This document shows, in pieces, positions 27,922 to 36,674 of a stretch of 64,000 nt of DNA. Position 1 is the first letter of the stretch; each line of letters starts with the position of its first letter. The DNA lies in assembly GCA_016873895.1 (NCBI GenBank), contig VGVV01000002.1, positions 314,152-378,151 on the forward strand, in the 5' to 3' direction. Both the position numbers and the translations under genes were made by a program. The stretch is from Ignavibacteria bacterium. GTDB taxonomy: Bacteria; Bacteroidota; Ignavibacteria; Kapaibacteriales; Kapaibacteriaceae. The notes under the pieces were generated by a model, which worked only from the letters and a program-made list of their open reading frames with translations, had not been told where the DNA came from and made no database searches.

Positions 27922-29498
27922 TGAAGACCAAGAGTACACCCGTACGCGTTGTTGCGCTAGGTGGTGGATATGCAACGATCAATGTTCTCAAGTCTCTGAA
28001 GGGACACATTGCCTCTGGACGCGTCCATTTGACCGTGATCGACAAGAATAACTACCACGTGTTTCATGGATTGGTCGCCGAGATGCTTACCGGCAAGATT
28101 CAGCCGGGTAATATCACATCTCCGGCCAGAATGGTGTTCCGTGGTGCAGACTTTCATAATGCGGAAGTGCTGCATGTTGATTTTCAACATAAGCGCGTAA
28201 CAACTCGACGCTACCTCGATGGACATCAGCATACCGTAGAATACGATCATCTGGTGATAGGACTTGGCTCGCGAGATAATCTCTCCCGCTACACGGGTGT
28301 TGCTCAGAACACATTTCGACTAAAATCATACTGGGATGTGTTTGAGCTGAAGAATCACATCACTGGCATTCTTGAGCTTGCAGAGATAGAAACCGACCCC
28401 ATCGAACGTGAGCGACTACTCACGTTTGTGATTGCTGGCGGAAATTTTGCTGGTGTGGAAGTTGCCACAGAGCTTGATGAGTTTCTCGAGTATCTCACTA
28501 AGCACTACTACCCACGACTGCGCTACGAGGAGATGCGCATCATCCTTCTCAGCGGTGATAAGACCATCCTACCGGAGCTTGCAAAGCGTCAGCCGCGACT
28601 CGTGCGTTATGCTTCACGATTTATCGCAGAAAAGACGCGTATCTCGGTGCACCTCGAAACCTATATTTCTGCTGCAACACCGATGAGTGCCACAACAAGC
28701 ACTGGATTAGAGTTTCAAGCACGAACGATCATCTCCTGCACAGGCAATGCTCAACCGGAGATCTTTGATCAATGGTCGTTTGAACGCGATCCTGTGGGCA
28801 GACTCATCACAGATGCAACGTTACGTCTCGTTGGTCAAGAGCATGTATGGTCGGGTGGCGATTGCGCTGCTGTGCCAAGTCCCCAAGGAGGGTATTGTCC
28901 GGGTCTTGCACTATACGCCATCAAGGCTGGTGAGCATATCGGACGCAACATCGCAAGGATGATCGATGGTAAGCCCCTTACCCCATTTTCATTTAAGGGG
29001 CTTGGAGATGCATGTTCATTGGGCAGACGCAATGCTGTTGGGCATCTCTACGGGATAGGATTTACCGGCTTTCTTGCGTTCGTTACATGGCGGCTCTTCA
29101 TGCTCAAGTATCTGCCTGTGTGGAATAGACGAATACGGACAATGTCGAACTGGCTCATGTGGCCACTCATTGGACGTGACATCACGAGTATTCGATCCAA
29201 CGATGCCACACAGGTGAGAGAGCGTTTGTTCCAACCCGGACAAACGATCTATCTAGAGGGAGAAACCGGTAACTGCATGTACCTCATACGCGAAGGCAGC
29301 GTTGATGCCTATCAAGACGGCACATTGCTTCAGACGCTGGGTCCGGGAAGCTACTTTGGCGAGTTAGCAATCTTCAACGAAACAACGAGGTCTCGCACCA
29401 TCGTCGCAACCACAGAAGTACGTGTGCTCGAGATCCAGCGTGAAATGGCAAAGCTGTTGCGCCGGCACTTTGAGCCAAAAACTATTAAGCCCTTGTAA
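27921..29498 (+). CDS. ndh: Type II NADH:quinone oxidoreductase (NDH-2) with C-terminal cNMP-binding domain
   Basis: VVALGGGY FAD motif, FVIAGGNFAGVEVATE NADH motif, GGDCA, FKGLG; C-terminal IYLEGETGNCMYLIREGSV..FGELAIFNETTRS; start overlaps the ALDH stop (TAATG). Confidence 0.88.
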   Translation: MKTKSTPVRVVALGGGYATINVLKSLKGHIASGRVHLTVIDKNNYHVFHGLVAEMLTGKIQPGNITSPARMVFRGADFHNAEVLHVDFQHKRVTTRRYLDGHQHTVEYDHLVIGLGSRDNLSRYTGVAQNTFRLKSYWDVFELKNHITGILELAEIETDPIERERLLTFVIAGGNFAGVEVATELDEFLEYLTKHYYPRLRYEEMRIILLSGDKTILPELAKRQPRLVRYASRFIAEKTRISVHLETYISAATPMSATTSTGLEFQARTIISCTGNAQPEIFDQWSFERDPVGRLITDATLRLVGQEHVWSGGDCAAVPSPQGGYCPGLALYAIKAGEHIGRNIARMIDGKPLTPFSFKGLGDACSLGRRNAVGHLYGIGFTGFLAFVTWRLFMLKYLPVWNRRIRTMSNWLMWPLIGRDITSIRSNDATQVRERLFQPGQTIYLEGETGNCMYLIREGSVDAYQDGTLLQTLGPGSYFGELAIFNETTRSRTIVATTEVRVLEIQREMAKLLRRHFEPKTIKPL

Positions 29499-29521
29499 CT
29501 ATTTGAGCTACAAGGGCTTAA
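29485..29521. terminator. Palindromic hairpin between the NDH-2 gene and the tRNA-fMet 3' end
   Basis: TTAAGCCCTTGTA-ACTATTTGAGC-TACAAGGGCTTAA; overlaps the NDH-2 stop codon. Confidence 0.65.
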
Positions 29522-29534
29522 CGTTTGTCGGTCG

Positions 29535-29607
<73 letters not shown>

Positions 29608-29617
29608 ATAGGGAGCA

Positions 29618-29625
29618 CGAAGATA
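29618..29625 (-). promoter_or_regulatory. Bacteroidota-type -7 promoter element for tRNA-fMet
   Basis: TATCTTCG on the minus strand, 10 nt upstream of the mature 5' end. Confidence 0.5.
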
Positions 29626-29639
29626 CACAAAAAATCGTA

Positions 29640-29765
29640 AGGCACAAGGTACGAGGTACAAGGTACAAGGTACGAGGTACGAGGTACGAGGTACGAGGTA
29701 CAAGGTTCTAGGTACGAGGTACAAGGTACGAGGTACGAGGTACAAGGTTCTATGTACGAGGTACA
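29640..29765. repeat. Heptamer tandem array (AGGTAC(G/A)), 18 units
   Basis: Units AGGTACG, AGGTACA and AGGTTCT counted by eye; degenerate inverted copy at about 29841-29871. Confidence 0.92.
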
Positions 29766-29922
29766 GGGTAAGGGATGTGTTCCGTCATTCCCACGAAAGG
29801 ACGTCACCACAGAGAAAGCGGTGGCGGGAAACCTGGAGAGCCTTGTATCCGGTACCTAGTCCCTAGTACCTCCTCCCGGTTCTTGTGCAAAACTCCAACC
29901 GACCCTATGCTCTTGCTGCGAC

Positions 29923-29930
29923 TATCTTTG
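29923..29930 (+). promoter_or_regulatory. Bacteroidota-type -7 promoter element for pheT
   Basis: TATCTTTG 28 nt upstream of the ATG. Confidence 0.55.
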
Positions 29931-29958
29931 TCGTTGATTAATAGAGAGTTTGCTTGAG

Positions 29959-32415
29959 ATGAAAGTCTCGCACAAATGGCTGTGTGATTTTGTGGAATTG
30001 CCGTCCGATCGGTGGACGGTTGAGAGGGTGTCGCGCGTGCTTACTGACCTTGGTTTAGAGGTCGAAGACGTTGTCGATGCATCTGCGGTGCTGGCCAACA
30101 TTGTTGTTGGGAAAGTGCTCGAAAAACAGCCGCATCCTAAGGCCGATAAGCTCTCCGTGTGTACAGTTGATGTTGGTGCAGAAACCAAGACCATTGTTTG
30201 TGGTGCTGCCAACGTTGCGGCCGGCCAAACAGTGCCGGTGGCGCTGGTTGGCGCAGTTGTTCCGTCGGCTGGGTTTGCAATCGAGGAGCGTCCGCTTCGC
30301 GGTGTTACTTCGCAGGGTATGATCTGCTCGCAGGCAGAGCTGAACTTGGGTGAAGACGCATCGGGCATCTGGGTGCTCGATGATGCGCTCGCTGCTGGTG
30401 CGCCCCTTGCCGAAGCCCTCAAGATCGATGATGTGATCTACGACATCGCCATTACGCCGAACCGTGCTGATTGCCTTTCGCATGTTGGGATTGCGCGCGA
30501 GCTTGCTGCATACGCTGCGGTCTATGATGACGCGCCGGTTGTTGTGCCGCAACCGCGAACGCTTGATGCTGCGTCGCAGAGTAATGATGCATCGGTTGAG
30601 GTTAGGGTTGAGAACGCTGATGTGTGCTCACACTACATCGCACACGTGGTAACGAATGTGCGAGCAGTTGAGAGTCCGGCGTGGCTCAAAGACAGATTGA
30701 TTGCCCTTGGACTGCGTCCAAGTAATGTGATCGTTGATATCACGAATTACATCAATATGGAGATGGGGCAGCCCCTTCATGCATTCGACATGGCAAAGCT
30801 TCGCGGCAATGCCATTGTTGTTCGTACGCCGCATGCTGATGAATCCGCGATAACGCTGCTTGATGGGAAGGAGCGTAAGCTCGATGCTGAAATGCTTCTC
30901 ATCTGTGATGGAGAGCGTCCAATTGCCGTGGCTGGTGTGATGGGTGGACAAAACTCAGAGATCGATGAGACCACAACAACGGTTGTGATCGAGTCCGCCT
31001 ACTTCCATCCAACATCGATCCGTCGCACGGCAAAGAAGCTTGGTCTTAGCACCGATGCGTCGTACCGGTTTGAGCGAGGAGTAGACCCAGCAGGTGTGCG
31101 CTCGGCGGCAGATCTTGCTGTTGCCATGCTGTGTGATCTTGCAGGGGGCAGCTCGGGAATTAGCACGGAGATTGGTTCGCCAATAACGCCGGCTGACCCG
31201 ATTGCGGTTGAATACAATAGGGTACGCTCGCTACTTGGCATTGCCATCGACGATGCGCGCATCGACCTGATGCTTCGATCGCTTGGGTTCGGAGTCGTTG
31301 ATGGCGGCGGTAACGCCAAACGATCTGTAGAGCCCCCTTCATGGCGCGCAGACGTTCGCATCGAGGCCGATATTGCTGAGGAAGTGATGAGGCTCTATGG
31401 AATTGACCGGATACCAACCATAGTGCGCGGAGCATCGCTGGGTGGTGGATCCCAGCTTCCTGAGTCGTTGCGTGCTGGTGGACCTCATGGGTACCAGCAG
31501 CGCAGCCGTATACGTACATCACTAGCTGCGCGTGGTTATGTGGATTGTGTCACGAACGTTCTTGGGTCTCCCGAAGAAATACTTGACGGCTCTGCACCTG
31601 TGATGCTTCGCAATGCCCTTGGACATGAGTTCTCGGCAATGCGATCATCGCTGATTCCATCTCTGCTGCGGGTTGCCTCCCATAACATTCGTCACGGTGC
31701 AGCTACTGCTCGATTAATGGAGTTCGGCAACGTGTTTGAACATGACACGTCAAAGGAATTCGGTATCAAGCAGAGCGAAGTGCTTGCGATGGTTCTGTGC
31801 GGACAAACCGAACAGCATTGGAGTGGGAAGAGTAGAGCCCTAGACATATTCGATCTCGTGGGCGACGTGCAACTTGTTTCATCAGGCATTGTAACGGTTC
31901 CTGATGATTCGCCACAAGCCCCCTTTACACAAAACACGTTGAGGCTATTTACCGACAACGTTTGTATTGGCGTTGCGGGTCAGCTAGATCCAGGTTTTTG
32001 CAATGCATATGGCATCGACATAGATGCTATGGCTGCAGTATTAGACGCGCGCAGTATACCAGTTAAGAAACACAGGTATCGTCAATACGCAACCTTCCCA
32101 GCCATCGAAAGGGACGTAGCATTGGTTGTGCCACAATCTGTTACTGCCGGACAAATCCTGAATATTGTGCAACAATGTGGTTCGGATACTGTAGAGACGG
32201 CACGCATTTTTGATGTATTCTCCGGCGGTTCGCTGGTGCAAGGATACAAGAGCATTGGTATCAGAATAGTCTTTCGCTCTAGCGAGAGAACGCTCACTGA
32301 TGCTGATGTAGATCCAATTATTACAACGATTCTCGATCGATCAATCAGTCAGCTACAGGCACACGTGCGTGGTTTGACAATTGAACAACCATCTCAAGGG
32401 GAGATAGTACAATGA
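29959..32415 (+). CDS. pheT: Phenylalanyl-tRNA synthetase beta subunit
   Basis: HPKADKL..IVCGAAN tRNA-binding OB domain; ITPNRADCLSH, GQPLHAFD, RFERGVD, PSWRADV and FPAIERD motifs. Confidence 0.96.
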   Translation: MKVSHKWLCDFVELPSDRWTVERVSRVLTDLGLEVEDVVDASAVLANIVVGKVLEKQPHPKADKLSVCTVDVGAETKTIVCGAANVAAGQTVPVALVGAVVPSAGFAIEERPLRGVTSQGMICSQAELNLGEDASGIWVLDDALAAGAPLAEALKIDDVIYDIAITPNRADCLSHVGIARELAAYAAVYDDAPVVVPQPRTLDAASQSNDASVEVRVENADVCSHYIAHVVTNVRAVESPAWLKDRLIALGLRPSNVIVDITNYINMEMGQPLHAFDMAKLRGNAIVVRTPHADESAITLLDGKERKLDAEMLLICDGERPIAVAGVMGGQNSEIDETTTTVVIESAYFHPTSIRRTAKKLGLSTDASYRFERGVDPAGVRSAADLAVAMLCDLAGGSSGISTEIGSPITPADPIAVEYNRVRSLLGIAIDDARIDLMLRSLGFGVVDGGGNAKRSVEPPSWRADVRIEADIAEEVMRLYGIDRIPTIVRGASLGGGSQLPESLRAGGPHGYQQRSRIRTSLAARGYVDCVTNVLGSPEEILDGSAPVMLRNALGHEFSAMRSSLIPSLLRVASHNIRHGAATARLMEFGNVFEHDTSKEFGIKQSEVLAMVLCGQTEQHWSGKSRALDIFDLVGDVQLVSSGIVTVPDDSPQAPFTQNTLRLFTDNVCIGVAGQLDPGFCNAYGIDIDAMAAVLDARSIPVKKHRYRQYATFPAIERDVALVVPQSVTAGQILNIVQQCGSDTVETARIFDVFSGGSLVQGYKSIGIRIVFRSSERTLTDADVDPIITTILDRSISQLQAHVRGLTIEQPSQGEIVQ

Positions 32416-33560
32416 GCTCACTGCAAAATCCGGAAGCGTTCGAACAGAGTTCGCATGACGCGCCAGCATCTCAGCAGACCTCCAGTGTAAATGTATCAGC
32501 ATCACTCGCAAAGTTCTGGGATACCGTTAGGTCAAGCGCAGAGCTCATCGTAACGCTGCGGCAAGAAGTTGTCCAGCTTCGTGCCCAGAACGCATCTCTC
32601 GAAGCATCAGTGCAGGCGTTGAGTGCAGTGCAAGAAGACGTTGTATCGCGCCAGGCCAACGAAGAGTTGGAACAGCAAGCTGTCAGCCTGCAAGGTGGGC
32701 TCGAGGCACGTAACCAACATCTTGCCGAGCGTGATCAGGAGCAAGCTTCAATGGCTGCTGGGTTAGCCGAGGCCGAGAAGCTTCATGCTGAACTCTCGCA
32801 AGCTAGAATCGAACTGTGTGAATATGAGTTGCAGGTAAGCGCACGTGAAGCTGAGTTACATAAAGCCCAGGAGGAGCTTCAGAGCCTGCGCAATCAGTAT
32901 GACGATCTCGTTGAGTATCAAAAGAACTCCACACTCAATGAACTGCAAGAACTCAATGAGGTGCACGAGCAGCGGCTGTCAGAAGCGCAATTAGAGGCAG
33001 CAGAGCTGCGTCAGACAATGGAGCGCATGAAGACCGAGAAGACGCAACTCAACGATGACTATCTCATGTTGGCTGAAAAGTATCAGGCTATTGAAGTACA
33101 AGTTGCAGAACTGCAGACTGGACTTTATGCAGCGCAGGAGGCTTTGCAGCAGGCACACCTTGACGTGTCCACCACCGATACACGTAGTGAATTGACGAGT
33201 CATGAAGTCGATGCGCTTCGCGTGCGCCTTTCAGAGCTCGAGGCCATGACGGTAAAAGCTGCAGATGCCGAAGAGCGTATGTTGAGTTTGCAGGATGAGA
33301 TTGACTCTCTGCAAGAGCAACTTGAAAAAGCACTGGGAATTGTTGAGGTGTATCGTGCAGCTGGGCTACGTCATGTTGAAGATCCAGATCGACGAAACCA
33401 GATGAGCCTGTTTTCTGCCAGTGGTGGAACGGATGAATCTCGCCAGCTTATCGATGAACAGGCAGCGGGCAAGGGGCTTTCCCCAGAAGAGATGGAGGCC
33501 CTTGCCGAGCGTCTTGATAATCTTGCAACCCGAGTCGCACAATTGCTCGGGATTTCCTAA
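32412..33560 (+). CDS. Long acidic coiled-coil protein (ZapB-position gene)
   Basis: 382 aa, E/Q/L-rich heptads; lies between pheT and zapA. Confidence 0.7.
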   Translation: MSSLQNPEAFEQSSHDAPASQQTSSVNVSASLAKFWDTVRSSAELIVTLRQEVVQLRAQNASLEASVQALSAVQEDVVSRQANEELEQQAVSLQGGLEARNQHLAERDQEQASMAAGLAEAEKLHAELSQARIELCEYELQVSAREAELHKAQEELQSLRNQYDDLVEYQKNSTLNELQELNEVHEQRLSEAQLEAAELRQTMERMKTEKTQLNDDYLMLAEKYQAIEVQVAELQTGLYAAQEALQQAHLDVSTTDTRSELTSHEVDALRVRLSELEAMTVKAADAEERMLSLQDEIDSLQEQLEKALGIVEVYRAAGLRHVEDPDRRNQMSLFSASGGTDESRQLIDEQAAGKGLSPEEMEALAERLDNLATRVAQLLGIS

Positions 33561-33599
33561 CTTGCCAGCAACAACAACGAACTTTTTGACAGTGATACC

Positions 33600-33890
33600 A
33601 TGTCGAAAGCGATACGAGTACAAATAGGCGGGAAAGACCTTACTCTTCGTGGTGAAAACGAAGAGAAGATCAAACAATCAGTACGTGAAGTCAACATTCA
33701 AGTTCAACATTTGCAGCAAACTCTGCGAGAGCAGTCAACTCCAACACTTACCGTTTTGGCGGCGTTAAATATTGCTGAGAAATATCTCGATGAGAAAGAA
33801 CAGCGCAGCCAGAATTCGAGGGAAGTGATTGACGAACTAGATAAGATGACGCAGTACCTGGTGCGCGCAGCGCATCAGCCATTAGCCTAA
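33600..33890 (+). CDS. zapA: Cell division protein ZapA
   Basis: IRVQIGG and VLAALNIA motifs; conserved pheT-zapA-rny context. Confidence 0.88.
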   Translation: MSKAIRVQIGGKDLTLRGENEEKIKQSVREVNIQVQHLQQTLREQSTPTLTVLAALNIAEKYLDEKEQRSQNSREVIDELDKMTQYLVRAAHQPLA

Positions 33891-33926
33891 CTCTTCCTTT
33901 CAACGTGATACGCTGATAAACTGTGT

Positions 33927-34167
33927 AGCCGCATTCCGCTACTGTTGTCGCACGCTTGAAAAAGAACCATACAAATTTTCATTCCAGGGCACTAGGCTCT
34001 GACTATCAATGGCAGGCCTCACTTGTTCGAACGAGCAAGATCGGGTGCAAACCCGAACAGTGGAAGTCAGCGATAGTAAGGATAGTACCCACCGTGCGGT
34101 CCCTTTGGTTCTTTTACCAATCGAAAACACAACTGGACTATTTGGTCCAGGGTAGTGGGATGCGGCT
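33927..34167 (+). ncRNA. ssrS: 6S RNA (probable)
   Basis: Between zapA and rny; closing stem AGCCGCATTCCGCTAC/GTAGTGGGATGCGGCT, inner AAAAGAACCA/TGGTTCTTTT helix, CCCACC motif, U tail. Confidence 0.8.
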
Positions 34168-34243
34168 CCTTTTTTATCGTCTAACCGCTGCAGCACGGCG
34201 TGGACGCACTACGGCGCCGTAAGGGTGCGAAGGAGGTATACGT

Positions 34244-35812
34244 ATGGAACAGCCCATGATTATGGGTCTAAGTGTAGGACTGGCAGTAGCAGTCGTAGGT
34301 TTTCTTGTTAGTTACTTCGCTGGGAAAAAGGTTGCGGCTTCAGAGCGCACCAAGGCAGAGGCAGAGGCGAAGTCGATTCTAGCAGAAGCTGAGAAAAAGG
34401 CTGATGCCGTTAAGCGCACGAAGATTGACGAAGCGGAAGACAAATCCCGTGAATTAAAACGCAAGTTTGAATCAGAGCGCGACTCGAAAGATGCTAAGCT
34501 ACGAAACTTTGAAAAAGAGCTTCGCAAGCGCGAAGAAGGTATTGATCAAAAGCTGGAAGATCTCTCGAAGAAAGAGAAGAAGCTGGCAACACTCGAGTCA
34601 GATGTTACGAGGAAGTCTTCGCAAATCGACAACAAAGTAAAGCAGATTGATGTGTTGCTCGAAGAGCAAAATGTTCGCCTCGAGCGCATCACTGGTATGA
34701 GTAAGGAAGACGCTAAGAAGTTTCTCATTGATAACATGGTCAATGATGCCAAGGCAGATGCGGCACAACTGGTAAAAGATGTGCGTGATGAGGCCAAGGT
34801 CAATGCTCGTAAAGAGGCTCAGCGGATTGTCTTGATGGCAATTCAGCGCACTGCATCCGATCACTGTGTGGAGTCTACTGTTTCAGTGGTCAATCTGCAG
34901 TCCGAGGAGATGAAGGGGCGCATCATTGGTCGTGAAGGACGCAACATCCGGGCCTTCGAGGCTGCCACTGGAATCGATCTTATCATCGATGATACACCTG
35001 AAGCGGTCGTAATCTCAGGATTCGATCCGTTCCGCCGCGAAGTTGCGCGCGTATCGCTAGAGCGACTCATGGGCGATGGACGTATCCACCCAGCGCGTAT
35101 CGAAGAGGTTGTTGATAAGGTCCGCAAGGAACTCGAAGAAGAAATGATTCGTGTTGGTGAGAATGCGCTCATGGAGCTTGGCATCCACAACATTCATCCC
35201 GAAATGGTTCGCTACATCGGACGCATGAAGTATCGCTCATCCTACGGTCAGAACCTGCTCGCTCACTCGATCGAGGTTGGCTTCTTGACGGGTATCATGG
35301 CAAATGAACTTGGTCTGGATGTGAATCTTGCCAAGCGCGCCGGTCTTTTGCACGACATCGGCAAGGTTATCGATCGCGAGCTCGAAGGGCCGCACGCACT
35401 GCTTGGTATGGACCTTGTAAAGAAGTACAAGGAGCATCCATTGGTTGTAAACGCAGTTGGAGCTCACCACGACGATATCGAGATGGAATCACCAATTGCA
35501 GTGCTTGTGCAGTCTGCTGACTCGATCAGTGGTGCCCGCCCAGGTGCTCGTCGTGAGTCACTTGAGAATTACATCAAGCGATTGCAGCAGCTAGAAGAAA
35601 TAGCTACCTCATTTGATGGCGTGACAAAGACCTTCGCTATCCAGGCAGGACGTGAAGTTCGCGTCATCATCGAGCCAGATCGTATCGATGATTTGCGTGC
35701 AGATCAACTCGCTAACGACATTGCTGGACGCATTGAATCTGAAATGGAGTATCCAGGTCAGATTCGTGTTACCGTGGTTCGGGAGCGTAGATCGGTGGCT
35801 ATCGCGAAATAA
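34244..35812 (+). CDS. rny: Ribonuclease Y
   Basis: N-terminal TM helix, coiled coil, KH (MKGRIIGREGRNIR) and HD (LLHDIGK) domains; GGAGG RBS. Confidence 0.97.
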   Translation: MEQPMIMGLSVGLAVAVVGFLVSYFAGKKVAASERTKAEAEAKSILAEAEKKADAVKRTKIDEAEDKSRELKRKFESERDSKDAKLRNFEKELRKREEGIDQKLEDLSKKEKKLATLESDVTRKSSQIDNKVKQIDVLLEEQNVRLERITGMSKEDAKKFLIDNMVNDAKADAAQLVKDVRDEAKVNARKEAQRIVLMAIQRTASDHCVESTVSVVNLQSEEMKGRIIGREGRNIRAFEAATGIDLIIDDTPEAVVISGFDPFRREVARVSLERLMGDGRIHPARIEEVVDKVRKELEEEMIRVGENALMELGIHNIHPEMVRYIGRMKYRSSYGQNLLAHSIEVGFLTGIMANELGLDVNLAKRAGLLHDIGKVIDRELEGPHALLGMDLVKKYKEHPLVVNAVGAHHDDIEMESPIAVLVQSADSISGARPGARRESLENYIKRLQQLEEIATSFDGVTKTFAIQAGREVRVIIEPDRIDDLRADQLANDIAGRIESEMEYPGQIRVTVVRERRSVAIAK

Positions 35813-35820
35813 TATCGCAT

Positions 35821-35861
35821 TCGAATGAGGAGTCACAGCATGCCGTGACCCCTCATTTCGA
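35821..35861. terminator. Hairpin between convergent rny and the SUKH-like gene
   Basis: ATGAGGAGTCAC-AGCATGCC-GTGACCCCTCAT inverted repeat. Confidence 0.55.
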
Positions 35862-35886
35862 TAGAATATCAACGACGGTGCGCCCG

Positions 35887-36657
35887 TCAATCAATCGCAT
35901 GAATAATCTCGGCCCAGTAAGCCCCTTCTGTAAGGGCTACTGGGTCGATGCGTTCTAGGGCACGCTCAAATTTAGTAAGTGCGCTGTCGAGCTCTTCGTC
36001 GCTGGACTGTTCAACTGCATGCCAAGCATCAAGACTCATGAGAAAGTGTCCAATGCTTGAGTTCACAAACTGTTGGGCATAGTAGCCCCATTCTCGATCC
36101 AGGAGAATGATGGCGCAATCAGCACGCTCGTCTATGCAGATGGCATCGCCATGTTCAGTCGTGGCAATCTGCCAGAATGTTGAGAAGAAATCAGCCGATG
36201 CCGAGTCCACCTCTGTATCCTGAGCCGGTTCTACATCGTTAACGAATCGTCTTGGTGGCAGCGTAAACTCCAAACCTGGTTCTGCTGTCTTCGGAAGTCC
36301 TGCTTTCGTTAACATGTCGATCGTAGCCTTGGGTGCTAACATCTCCGATATAGAGTCGGCACTGCACGAGACAAGGGGCTCACCGGGCCATGCACGAGCA
36401 ACGACCTGTGCCGCCGGCACGGGTGGTGTTGATATATCTGATGCGATAGCGCGCAGAAAGAGTGCTGACGACAACGTCATGTGAGACAGGTAAACAGTGT
36501 CGATCAGATCGGTATTGTCTTCGTCTTGCTCCAGAGCCTGCGCTGCATCTTCGCGAATCGTTACTAGCAGATCAATTTGCTCATCGTCGAGCTCGGCTAG
36601 GCGCTCTGGATCTTCCAGAATCTCGGGTATTCCAAGTGAAAGTAGGCGTGGGTCCAT
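35887..36657 (-). CDS. SUKH-4-like (SMI1/KNR4 superfamily) protein with acidic N-terminal extension
   Basis: LTKAGLP, GDAICID..IILLD, FVNSSIGHFL and LERIDPVAL..YW pattern. Confidence 0.6.
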   Translation of the reverse strand: MDPRLLSLGIPEILEDPERLAELDDEQIDLLVTIREDAAQALEQDEDNTDLIDTVYLSHMTLSSALFLRAIASDISTPPVPAAQVVARAWPGEPLVSCSADSISEMLAPKATIDMLTKAGLPKTAEPGLEFTLPPRRFVNDVEPAQDTEVDSASADFFSTFWQIATTEHGDAICIDERADCAIILLDREWGYYAQQFVNSSIGHFLMSLDAWHAVEQSSDEELDSALTKFERALERIDPVALTEGAYWAEIIHAID

Positions 36658-36674
36658 AATACTGTGTTCCTTGA

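Noticed and set aside
26044-29498. Pycsar/CBASS-type anti-phage system suggested by the cNMP domains
   Set aside because: No nucleotide cyclase and no TIR or pore-forming effector; the fused domains are intact metabolic enzymes.
29640-29765. Possible CRISPR array
   Set aside because: Contiguous 7-bp units with no unique spacers, and no cas genes in the window.
33939-34222. ORFs of 85 and 88 aa between zapA and rny
   Set aside because: They overlap the structured 6S-like RNA and have no protein features.
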